A DNA stretch of 64,000 nucleotides. Origin: Histomonas meleagridis 2922-C6/04-290x (Eukaryota; Protista; Parabasalia). Under the pieces are notes generated by a model, which searched no databases, was not told where the DNA came from, and saw nothing but the letters and a program-made list of their open reading frames with translations. The first letter of the stretch is position 1; every line of letters begins with the position of its first letter. The position numbers were made by a program, and so were the translations under genes. The stretch is taken from the NCBI GenBank assembly GCA_020184695.1, contig JAANOX010000151.1, positions 1 through 64,000 on the forward strand, in the 5' to 3' direction. Of the stretch, positions 11,891 through 21,723 are shown piece by piece.

Positions 11891-12427
11891 ATGTCCAGCT
11901 TAAAGCTCCAAAAAAGATTAGCTGCTTCTGTTCTTAATTGCGGTGTCGGCCGTGTTTGGATGGATGAAACTGAAATATCTACGATTGCAATGGCTAACTC
12001 TAGACAGCAAATCAGAAAATTAGTTGGTGATGGAATTATTGTTCGTCGACCTGTTGCAATGCATTCAAGTGCACGCCACACAAAACGTGTTCTTGCTAAA
12101 CGCCTTGGTCGTCATAGGGGTTACGGTAAGCGCCGTGGTACACGTAATGCACGCCTTAATTCAAAGTGGCAATGGATCCGCCGTATCCGCGTTCTCCGCC
12201 GCACACTCAGGGATTTCAAGCAGAAGAAAGAAATCGATTCACATCTTTATCGCAAATTATATCTTAAGGCTAAAGGTAACGAATTTCGTAACAAACGCGT
12301 TTTGATGGAGCACATTCATACTCTTAAAGTTGAAAATGAACGAGAAAAGAACCTTCAACAACAAATTGCTGCTCGTCGTGCTCGTAGTCGCAGAATGAGA
12401 GAAAAAAAAGCTGCTGCAGCTAAGTAA
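11891..12427 (+). CDS. RPL19: 60S ribosomal protein L19 (eL19)
   Basis: [34 protein letters not shown] and [14 protein letters not shown] are eL19 motifs. ATG at 11891 is preferred over the track's TTG at 11882. Confidence 0.98.
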   Translation: MSSLKLQKRLAASVLNCGVGRVWMDETEISTIAMANSRQQIRKLVGDGIIVRRPVAMHSSARHTKRVLAKRLGRHRGYGKRRGTRNARLNSKWQWIRRIRVLRRTLRDFKQKKEIDSHLYRKLYLKAKGNEFRNKRVLMEHIHTLKVENEREKNLQQQIAARRARSRRMREKKAAAAK

Positions 12428-12662
12428 ATTTTTTTTTATTTTTCATTGTACTTTCCAAACTATTTCATCAATTAGATATTTGTAAATACAGTTGCTTTGT
12501 TTTTTTCCCTCTTTACTTTATTGAAAAATCTGTTTAAACCCTTATAAGACACTTAAAACTCTTTCTTTCTGATAGAATTAATAAAGAATTTTTGTCATGG
12601 CAAATGGAATTGAAAACTAATGACGGGAACATTTATTTAGTTGAAGACAAAAAGCAGTACCA

Positions 12663-12971
12663 CTAGTTTGCTTCCTCAGAAGCATCTTGTACAACAATCA
12701 AAATCGCATCAACTTTGGTATCTGGGATAATAATAATTTCTTCTTTATTTGACCGAATACGAATTGTATCAATAGGGGTTCCATCCATGAGTGGTTCAAC
12801 AGAACTCCTTGTTTTCCTGAAAAATTCTGATACAAGAGAAGCATAATGAATTGATTCAGCTTCTTTAAATGTCGTCCGAATAGGTAGGCCACATGAATTG
12901 ATAACCATTGTACCAATTACACCAGGTTGGTTTCCAAGTCCTTTCATGATTATATCAAGTTCTGCGCTCAT
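12663..12971 (-). CDS. DYNLRB: Dynein light chain roadblock/LC7
   Basis: 102 aa with PGVIGTMVINSCGLPIRTT, HYASLV and IRIRSNKEEIIIIPD. Confidence 0.9.
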   Translation of the reverse strand: MSAELDIIMKGLGNQPGVIGTMVINSCGLPIRTTFKEAESIHYASLVSEFFRKTRSSVEPLMDGTPIDTIRIRSNKEEIIIIPDTKVDAILIVVQDASEEAN

Positions 12972-13079
12972 CTTGATATAAAATATACGTTAATAAGAAA
13001 ACGTGCTCTTTCCAAGTAAACGGTCACGAGCGCACGTTAAAATTATTATGCCTGAAACGGCATTTTTAATCACATTTTT

Positions 13080-14624
13080 ATGAAAAGACCAAAAGAAAAA
13101 TTAGTATTAGGCATCGATCTTGGAACTACATATAGTAGTGTTGGAGTATTCAAAAATAGGCAAGTTGAAGTTATTGGTGATTATGTATCTAAAAAATCAA
13201 TTCCATCATTTGTAACATTTACAAATGAAGAAATTTTATGTGGGACCGTAGCAAAACATGAAGCACTAAATAATGAAAATGCTTTTGTATATGATTCTAA
13301 ACGTATGATTGGACGTAAATATTCAGATAAAGTTGTTCAAGAAGGCATAAAAGTATGGCCATTCAAAGTTATTCGTGGGTGTGGAAACATACCAAAAATA
13401 CAAGTTCGATACAATAAATACAAGAAAAATTGTTTACCAGAAGAAATTTCAGCTATAATTCTTAAAGAACTCAAAAACACTGCAGGAGAGTATTATTCGA
13501 CCAATATCGAAGAAGCAGTCATTACTGTTCCAGCAGATTTCAATAACAACCAACGTGCATTAACTCGTAAAGCAGGTGAACTTGCTGGCCTTAAAGTGTT
13601 AAGAATTGTTGATGAACCCACTGCTGCAGCCATTGCATATGGAATGAATGAAAACATTGATACCAAGAAAACAATTCTAGTATTCGATTTTGGAGGTGGT
13701 ACCCTTGATGTTTCTCTTATTGAAGCCACTAAAAGTCAGTCTATTACTGATGAAAAAATACTTGGATGTCAAGTTATTGCAACTGCAGGTGATCAAAACC
13801 TTGGTGGTCAAGACTTTGACAATAATCTTATTCACCATTTTGCGCGAATATTCAAGGATAAATACAATTGTGACTTTCTTCAAGATCAACGAGCCAAACT
13901 TATCATGAAAGACAAATGTGAGAGTGCCAAAATATCTCTTTCATGTGGGCTTGAAACAACTATTTGGGTTCCATCACTTTATAATGGCAAAGACTTCTCT
14001 TGCAAAATTTCTCGTTCCGATTTCGAAAAGATAAATTCAATGCTTTTTGATCGTATTCTCGATCCGATCAAACAAATTTTAGATGATAAGCAACTTTCCA
14101 AGAAATCAATTGATGAATATATCTTAGTCGGAGGGTCATCAAACATTCCATGCGTTCAAAAAATTCTCAAAGAATTTTTTGATGGTAAAGATCCAGCACA
14201 ATTTCAGAGATCTAATGTTAGCATGGAATATGCCGTAGTTCATGGAGCAGCTATTATAGCTAATAACATGGGCAATGTGACTATAAATTCTGTTATATCA
14301 CATTCATTAGGTGTCGAATTGCATGGAGGGAAAATGGAAACATTAATAAAAAAGAATGAAAAAATACCCGCAATGAAAGAAGATCTTTATACCACTGCTA
14401 CGAATTATCAAGACAAAGTCGAAATTAAAATATTTTCGGGTGAAAAAGAAATGGTAAATCAAAACACTTATATCGGATCAGTTTCATTGAGAGGAATTTT
14501 TAGAGGAGTAAGCGGAGAACCACAAATAAAAATATTGTTCAAGGTAGATGAAGAAGGTATATTAAAGGTTTACACAAAAGATACAAAAACGGGCGCAGAG
14601 AAAAGATGTAACTTTGAAATATAG
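13080..14624 (+). CDS. Hsp70-family protein lacking the helical lid and EEVD tail
   Basis: Contains GIDLGTTYS, TVPADF, DEPTAAAIAYG, FDFGGGTLDVS, GDQNLGGQDFD and LVGGSSNIP; ends at 514 aa just after the beta substrate-binding subdomain. Confidence 0.92.
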   Translation: MKRPKEKLVLGIDLGTTYSSVGVFKNRQVEVIGDYVSKKSIPSFVTFTNEEILCGTVAKHEALNNENAFVYDSKRMIGRKYSDKVVQEGIKVWPFKVIRGCGNIPKIQVRYNKYKKNCLPEEISAIILKELKNTAGEYYSTNIEEAVITVPADFNNNQRALTRKAGELAGLKVLRIVDEPTAAAIAYGMNENIDTKKTILVFDFGGGTLDVSLIEATKSQSITDEKILGCQVIATAGDQNLGGQDFDNNLIHHFARIFKDKYNCDFLQDQRAKLIMKDKCESAKISLSCGLETTIWVPSLYNGKDFSCKISRSDFEKINSMLFDRILDPIKQILDDKQLSKKSIDEYILVGGSSNIPCVQKILKEFFDGKDPAQFQRSNVSMEYAVVHGAAIIANNMGNVTINSVISHSLGVELHGGKMETLIKKNEKIPAMKEDLYTTATNYQDKVEIKIFSGEKEMVNQNTYIGSVSLRGIFRGVSGEPQIKILFKVDEEGILKVYTKDTKTGAEKRCNFEI

Positions 14625-15317
14625 ATTTAATTAATTATTTTTTTTTTTTTTTATTTTATTTTAAAAGTTTCAGTATCATTTAAATCTGTGGATACTTATA
14701 AATGTTTTTCATATCCTGTAAGAGTAAAATTAAAATGTTTGGTGCAAAACTTATTTAAACTATTTGTTATTTATTCATTGAAAACTACTGGTTAAATGTA
14801 TATAATACTGTAAAATTTTACAATAGTTATTACAATATGTTGTTAATAGAGTTCATAATTTTATATACTTACAGCAAAATCATCTTTTTTATAATCTTTT
14901 GCAAAAATCTTCTTCAATATTTGAAAATTTTTTTCATTAGCTTTTTGGTCAAAATTATAATATATATTTTTTTCACTCTCTTCGAAGTTTATTACTTTAT
15001 ATTGGAACACATATTCATAAAATGACTCTAAAATGTATTTTTTAAATGCTCTCAAGCTAATAGTCATCAATTAAAAAATTTGCCATTGAAAATGATAAAT
15101 TCAAATACATCTCAGCATTCATTTTAAAATATATATATAATTCATAATATCAATAACATAACAAAATTTGATATGTCAATATTTTCATGACATTCGTCAT
15201 TTTCATAAATTTTAAATCATTCAAATAGCAGCATCACAAAATGAGTGTTATTCATTACGTTGCGTGCGAATACTTTACATTGAGACAAATTGTTATTATG
15301 AACTTTTTACTTTTTTA

Positions 15318-18005
15318 CTAGTTCAGCAGGAGATCAATGATTTCTTGCTTGACGGCATCTAAATCGTCATATCCATATTCCTTGCAAGCCAAATCTATTG
15401 GCATTTTCTTCGCATTATTTAAAGCATTTTTGTTTGCGCCGTGTTGCAACAACATTTTAACAGCCTCAGGTCTTCCGTATTTAGAAGCCCAATGCAATGG
15501 CGTGTTACCTGCTTTATCAGCAAAGTTAATATTGATATTTTTATCTTTAAGCAAGTAATTAATGATTGGCAATTGGTTATGTTGACATGCAATATGAAGT
15601 GGATTATGTCCATTTTTATTGCCGAGATTTACATCCATTCCACATTTTCCTACAAGATATTTAACTATTAGAAGTTGCCCATTTAATACGGCCACGTTTA
15701 ATAAAGTGTTTCCTTGACTATTCCGAAGTGTTTTGATATTCGCCTTCTTTTTTTCAACTGAATATTGTACACTTGTAATTTTTCCTTTTTCTATTGCTTT
15801 GAATATATCATTTTCAAAATCTCTCGGTCGTTCTAAGACAGGTTCAAAAGCATCAGAATTAAACATTTTTTGGAAATATTGATTAACATTTGGTGAAGAA
15901 TATGCAAGTGTTAATAAATCTTTACCATCGGAATTTATTGTTGATGTATCAAATTTAGCTTTTTCGATAAGATATTTAACACTATTCAGATCATCTTTTT
16001 CAATAGCTTTAAATATATCAGGTTCGAAGTTTTCTGGTGGTAATTCGATCTTAAATAAGTTGCACATATATTGTATAATGTCTTTGTTGTTTGATTCAAG
16101 TGCTACAATTAATGGTGTTTCATTTGTTTTATTATTACATTTGTCTGTATAAACTTCTGCTTTTTCAACTAAATATTTTACAATTGAAAGATGCTTGTGT
16201 CTTATTGCCAAAATTAATGGTGTATCTCCGTCCATACCACAAAAATCTGGATCTGACTTTCTAACCTCAACAAGAAATTGTACACTTGGAAGATCTCCTA
16301 TTTTTATAGCTTTGTAAATATTTGACACAAATTTTTCTGGTGGTAAATCATAACCTAATAAATCAGCAAGATACTTAATAACATCATTATGATTATTTTT
16401 ATATTCTTCAAAGATAGAATTTTCGCCATATCTATTGGTTAATTGTGGATCAAATTTAGCTTTCTCAATAAAATATTTAACACTATTAATGTTATTATTT
16501 TCAATAGCTTTAAATATATCAGGTTCGAAGTTTTCTGGTGGTAATTCGATCTTAAATAAGTTGCACATATATTGTATAATGTCTTTGTTGTTTGATTCAA
16601 GTGCTACAATTAATGGTGTTTCATTTGTTTTATTATTCTTTTGTTCGATATCAGCTTTAGCCTTTTCTATTAAATATTGTACAACTGAAAATTGTTTATT
16701 TCGTAATGCTACTATTAATAGTGTATCTCCATCTCTATTAATTTTATTTGGATTAACTTTTCTCTTTTCAATATGATATTGTACACTTGTAAGATCTCCA
16801 CTTTTTATAGCTTTAAAAATATTTGGTATTAAGTTTGGTGGTGGTAAAGGAGATCCTGTTACTTCGGCAAGATATTTAATTACATCTTCGTGTTTACCTT
16901 TACATGCATATAATAAAGCATTTTGGCCGTTGATATTCTTTTCTTTTGTATTAACATTTGCTTTTTCGACAAGATATTTAACTATTGTCAAAAGACCTTC
17001 TCGACCTGCCCAATGAAGTATTGTTATACGTTTTTTATTAAGCTTTGGAAGGTCAATTGTTTTAATGTCAATTGGTGTGATGAGATTTAATAGATAAAGT
17101 ACAATATCTGCTGAATTATATTCCCATGCATATAAAAGTGGAATCTTTCCATTAAAATTCTTTCGTTCATGATCAACATGAAGCTTTTCAATAAGATATT
17201 TTGCAATTTCAAGCTTGTTAGTTTCACATGAAACATGTAGTGGTGTATCACCTAATGAATCTGTCGTTTCTTTGTTTACTTTTTGTTCTTCAATCAAATA
17301 TTGGACAACTGGAAGTTGACCAAATCTAATTGCAGTTGCTAATGGCGTTTCAGATGTTGTTTCCGATTTAGCTTCTTTATATACACCAAATTCTTCAATA
17401 AGGAATTTAACACTTTCAAGATCTCCTGTTGCGGCTGCTTTATGAATTCGAGGTTCAAATTTTTGTGGAGGAAGTTTTATATTCATTTTCTTTGAAAGAT
17501 ATTGTACAATTTTCATATGATTTGAATTGGCTGCAACTACTATGGGAGTTTCACCTGAAACGTTCACAAGTTTTGGATTTGCTTCGGCTTTCTCAATGAG
17601 ATATTCAACAAGTAAAATATCACCAGAGGAACATGCTATATGTAAAATAGTATTTCCCTTTAAATCTCTGGTATCTGGATCAACGCCAAGTCTTTCTATA
17701 TGAAACTGAACACTGCGTAAGTCATAGTTGGATATAGCAGTGTATAAATCTTTTTCGAAATCAAATGGTTTTGAATATACTGGAGGGAAATGCTCGCTTG
17801 ACATGCTTTGAACACTGGTTAAGGTTGCTGATGTTCTAATAAATAAATTTCCAAGTGCAACGATGCATTCTTTGAAATCGTAGAGTTTGTCTTCAAGAAT
17901 ATCATTTGAATTAATTGTCCTTCCCAAATAGTTATCGATTTTCCCAAGCGCTTCTTCTTTTTGTTCCTGAGTTCCAACAAATAATTGCTGAAAAAGAGAG
18001 TTCAT
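15318..18005 (-). CDS. Ankyrin-repeat protein, 895 aa, uninterrupted
   Basis: Many G.TPL..A...G...IVKYL repeats organised in higher-order DIFKAI..GDL.SV modules. Confidence 0.95.
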   Translation of the reverse strand: MNSLFQQLFVGTQEQKEEALGKIDNYLGRTINSNDILEDKLYDFKECIVALGNLFIRTSATLTSVQSMSSEHFPPVYSKPFDFEKDLYTAISNYDLRSVQFHIERLGVDPDTRDLKGNTILHIACSSGDILLVEYLIEKAEANPKLVNVSGETPIVVAANSNHMKIVQYLSKKMNIKLPPQKFEPRIHKAAATGDLESVKFLIEEFGVYKEAKSETTSETPLATAIRFGQLPVVQYLIEEQKVNKETTDSLGDTPLHVSCETNKLEIAKYLIEKLHVDHERKNFNGKIPLLYAWEYNSADIVLYLLNLITPIDIKTIDLPKLNKKRITILHWAGREGLLTIVKYLVEKANVNTKEKNINGQNALLYACKGKHEDVIKYLAEVTGSPLPPPNLIPNIFKAIKSGDLTSVQYHIEKRKVNPNKINRDGDTLLIVALRNKQFSVVQYLIEKAKADIEQKNNKTNETPLIVALESNNKDIIQYMCNLFKIELPPENFEPDIFKAIENNNINSVKYFIEKAKFDPQLTNRYGENSIFEEYKNNHNDVIKYLADLLGYDLPPEKFVSNIYKAIKIGDLPSVQFLVEVRKSDPDFCGMDGDTPLILAIRHKHLSIVKYLVEKAEVYTDKCNNKTNETPLIVALESNNKDIIQYMCNLFKIELPPENFEPDIFKAIEKDDLNSVKYLIEKAKFDTSTINSDGKDLLTLAYSSPNVNQYFQKMFNSDAFEPVLERPRDFENDIFKAIEKGKITSVQYSVEKKKANIKTLRNSQGNTLLNVAVLNGQLLIVKYLVGKCGMDVNLGNKNGHNPLHIACQHNQLPIINYLLKDKNININFADKAGNTPLHWASKYGRPEAVKMLLQHGANKNALNNAKKMPIDLACKEYGYDDLDAVKQEIIDLLLN
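15997..16637. repeat. Perfect 140-bp direct repeat (15997-16136 and 16498-16637)
   Basis: The copies are identical by visual alignment; the 501-nt offset (167 codons) keeps the frame. Confidence 0.9.
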
Positions 18006-18144
18006 TTTCCAAAAAAATGGATGTTGAATTCAATTTTTGTTTGTTGGCAAATTAACTGATAGGTTTTGAATAGTTTACAAATATTTTCAAACAAACATGT
18101 GAATTCACATAATGGATGCAAAATTTTCAAATCATTATTTAAAC

Positions 18145-18500
18145 TAGGGTTGTGCATCAATTTTTATCGATAAGGGCCACCTTATCGATAAAAATCGATT
18201 ACGATCATTTTATTAGCCGATTTTTGACAAATCGGAGGATAATTAAAATATTTTATTGATTTTTTTTTTTTCGATAAAAAAACGTTTATTTCGATGAAAA
18301 TTGGTTCTCACCGGTTTTATTGATAAATGTGTAATGAAAAAACACTTTTGAATATCGAATTTTTGAAGTGTATTTTATCGGCCAGAACCGTTAATTTATC
18401 TATAAAATCTGAGATCGAACAGTATTGATATTTATCGTTTTTTATCGACAAACGGTATCATCGATTTTTATCGATTCTCGACCATATTTAAACATCGTTT
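18145..18500. mobile_element. Possible hAT-like or MITE terminal remnant with a TCGA cluster
   Basis: Starts TAGGGTTGTGCATC and holds 11 TCGA cores in about 315 bp of otherwise CpG-poor intergenic DNA; no clear matching right TIR. Confidence 0.45.
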
Positions 18501-18569
18501 GCTACATCATAATGATGATCACACAAAAAAATTAACATTTATTTAAATTAGAAATATTTATTACATTAT

Positions 18570-21239
18570 TTAATGAAATATTTGTTGAATTATTTGCTTT
18601 TGTTCGACTGACAGCATATCAAACAGATTTAATTTTGCCGACAAATTACCGAACAATTGGAACTCATCTATTTTATCCGATGGCATATTGAAGGGTATTA
18701 TTAGTGGAGGGAATTCCGCCGGTTCTTTATCATTATTTAATTGATGCGCAGTTTTCATTTTATCGACCATATTCATATTATTTTCTATTTTTCGTTCGCA
18801 TAAAGCAGGCAACAAATTAACTGCTGTCAAATAAGCATCTGTTCGACCACATTCAGCACATTTTAACAAGAACAAAAATCCCATTTTCATTTCTTTATAA
18901 GTTTGTAAAGTCAAAGGATTACTTCTTTGTATTATAATATCTATCACGACGCTTGGGATTTTACTAAAAATCAAATTAATATCAATGTTTGGTATTAATA
19001 AACAAGAAGTAATAGCTATAACGCATGAAGAATAAAGAGAAATAGCGGATGGATCATTAATTGATGTAATAGCTTCGAAGATGAAAGGAATAAATTCAAG
19101 TGCAGGTTGCCCTATAGCTTGTATCAAAGAAGAAATGATTAATATTATATATGAATATTTATCATAATCCATTTCATTAGATATATATTGTAAAAATGAT
19201 TTAATTGTATTAATTGTTAATAAAATAATTTCATTATTACTTACAAATACATTCGATAAAATTATTGGACACATTAAATAACAAATACTTTGCATTGAGC
19301 TCATTAATATTTCATCCGACAGAATAATTTGTAATGTTTCAACATAACAATTCATCATTGTATTTGTTATATTATCGATTTTAATATTAAAAACTGAAAT
19401 CAACAAAAATATATCATCATGAACTTCATTATTAGGAAATGATTTAAATAATGTTATACATGAAGGTAATATATTTTCAGATAATTCTACAAGTATTTGT
19501 GCATCATCAGGAATAGCATTAATTATTTCGAAGATAGAATATAACATTGATGACGCATTTTTATAATTATTCTCAATGAGACTTTGATTACATATAGTTA
19601 ATAATCCGGAAATAGTATCATTAATAAATGGATAAACTGCTGGTCCTCCAATTTGTATTAATGCTTCAACAGATGTCGATAAATATTTATATCGAATAGT
19701 ATTCGCTAACATTAAAAGTTTCGGTATAATTTGTACTATTGGTAATTCGATTCTTGTGTCACATTCAATGATTGATTTACGCAATAACTTAGATGCAGAA
19801 CATAATATTATTGGTTCATCACTTTGTAATATACATTTCGCTGCTAATGTACAACCTTCTTTAGGATCAAGATATGGAAGTATAGAACTCATAAACATTA
19901 AAAGCGATGTGATAACAAATGATGGATGTTGATCAACTTTAAGTGTTTCACAGCCTAAAACTTGTACTACATCAGGTTCGATCATTGGACCAAGATTAGT
20001 CATTGTTGCCTTAACATATTTAGTCATTAAATAAATACGTCCTTCGAAATCAAATGGATCAACAGTTGGCGAAAGTAAAAAATCATATAAATAATCAAGA
20101 ATTGCATCGTTGGTAAGAATTACACCGATAAATGATGCAATAGAATTACGAATAGTTCGAACTTCATTACAAGTATAACTATAATTAAACGCTAAAAATT
20201 GTAGTGGTGATGATTCAATGTCATATAAGTCATCGGGCGCTAAACGTGCTATTGGAATTATGAATTTTAAGAAATCGGGCGTAACAAAGTCAGTTGGTCC
20301 AATTTTATGTTTCACATATTGATATAAGATATATAATGTCGAGCTAAGAAGAACACGATCGGTTTCAAAGCTAAAGAGTTTGATTAATGACTCAATAAGA
20401 TGAGGTGAAATATCACATTTAAAGTGTTGGGAATAGTTTATGCGGATTTCAGACTCATCAGGTGTGATTGGAGGATAAAATAAGGTGCAAAGTGTAATGA
20501 ATAATTTAATGATATTTCGTTTAAGAATAAGGAAATTGGGGTCGGGAACACCACTAACTGTAAGCTGTGCAATGAGGAATTGAAGTAATTGATCAAAATA
20601 AGGACAAACAAGAGTTCCACTCATTTTCTTTATAAAATTACGAAGAGCTTTTGTAATATGTATTAAGATTTGTGGCTGCGGATTACCATTTGATACAATC
20701 TGTATGAAATGCTGTACAAAACTATAATTTAATTGTTCAATATTTTGAAGGATTTCATCAGGAATTGTTCTTGAACATGCTTTAGACCAGAATACTGTAA
20801 TGCGAAGAATGGTATCAAGATCATCATTTGATGTAATTTGTGAATTGTATAAATTATTAAGATTTTGTGCAAATAAAAAGTTCAAAGGAAATGATCGAAT
20901 TATGATAAAACGAAAACATTCAATAATGTGCTTTCTTGAACTTGGTTCTAGCATGAATAAAACATTAATTAATTGATTTGAAATTTCGTTTTGTTGTTCT
21001 TGATTCCAATAAAATGTTTGTATTGTATCATCAAATGTTACCCAATGATTTCTAATTAAATGTAATATGAATAATTGTATTATTTCCACGAGTTTAGGTT
21101 GATATTGTTTGGAATGAATTGCTTGGATAAGTTGGAAAATAAACACTGGATTTTCAGATGCTACCGCAATTGCTTGATTTGCGCTTTCTCTTTCGGCTTC
21201 GTTGTTGCTGTTTAATAATAAAAATACGCTAAAATCCAT
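18570..21239 (-). CDS. Karyopherin-beta family protein (importin-7/8/Cse1-like)
   Basis: N-terminal AERESANQAI...LIRNHW resembles IBN_N; 889-aa all-helical HEAT-like body. Confidence 0.7.
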   Translation of the reverse strand: MDFSVFLLLNSNNEAERESANQAIAVASENPVFIFQLIQAIHSKQYQPKLVEIIQLFILHLIRNHWVTFDDTIQTFYWNQEQQNEISNQLINVLFMLEPSSRKHIIECFRFIIIRSFPLNFLFAQNLNNLYNSQITSNDDLDTILRITVFWSKACSRTIPDEILQNIEQLNYSFVQHFIQIVSNGNPQPQILIHITKALRNFIKKMSGTLVCPYFDQLLQFLIAQLTVSGVPDPNFLILKRNIIKLFITLCTLFYPPITPDESEIRINYSQHFKCDISPHLIESLIKLFSFETDRVLLSSTLYILYQYVKHKIGPTDFVTPDFLKFIIPIARLAPDDLYDIESSPLQFLAFNYSYTCNEVRTIRNSIASFIGVILTNDAILDYLYDFLLSPTVDPFDFEGRIYLMTKYVKATMTNLGPMIEPDVVQVLGCETLKVDQHPSFVITSLLMFMSSILPYLDPKEGCTLAAKCILQSDEPIILCSASKLLRKSIIECDTRIELPIVQIIPKLLMLANTIRYKYLSTSVEALIQIGGPAVYPFINDTISGLLTICNQSLIENNYKNASSMLYSIFEIINAIPDDAQILVELSENILPSCITLFKSFPNNEVHDDIFLLISVFNIKIDNITNTMMNCYVETLQIILSDEILMSSMQSICYLMCPIILSNVFVSNNEIILLTINTIKSFLQYISNEMDYDKYSYIILIISSLIQAIGQPALEFIPFIFEAITSINDPSAISLYSSCVIAITSCLLIPNIDINLIFSKIPSVVIDIIIQRSNPLTLQTYKEMKMGFLFLLKCAECGRTDAYLTAVNLLPALCERKIENNMNMVDKMKTAHQLNNDKEPAEFPPLIIPFNMPSDKIDEFQLFGNLSAKLNLFDMLSVEQKQIIQQIFH

Positions 21240-21723
21240 TCCCTTGGGTCTTCGGCCAAAAGTTTGTCAACACTCAATTTTGTTGACAACGAAAAAAGAC
21301 TTGGAATAAGTCCCTCTGTTACAAACTGATTAAGCTATGTTTAGAAGTTACATGTTATTTACTATTATAAAGTAAGACATCTGGTTGTTTATTATATTTC
21401 TCAAATGAAAATTAATTATAAATAAATGATAAAATTATTGTTATGCCTTTATTATCAGTGCTGCAATAAATTTATAAATTATAAATTTACATAGTTAAAT
21501 TTATTGTCATAAATAAATCATTCTTTGAAATAATGTATTTGACTAGGAGAAAATGCTTCACATGTATATGAAGACTTAAACTAACGTTTGACTTTTCAGC
21601 CAAGAATCACTCTATAAGTTTTTGATTTAAATCAAGTGACCTAGCACAAAGTTAGTCATTATGAGGAACGTTTACACTAAGTTAATTCAAACAAACTAAG
21701 TAAATTTACAACTTCATCAAAGG

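Noticed and set aside
18097-18110. 14-bp palindrome ATGTGAATTCACAT
   Set aside because: Single short occurrence, expected occasionally in 64 kb of AT-rich DNA.
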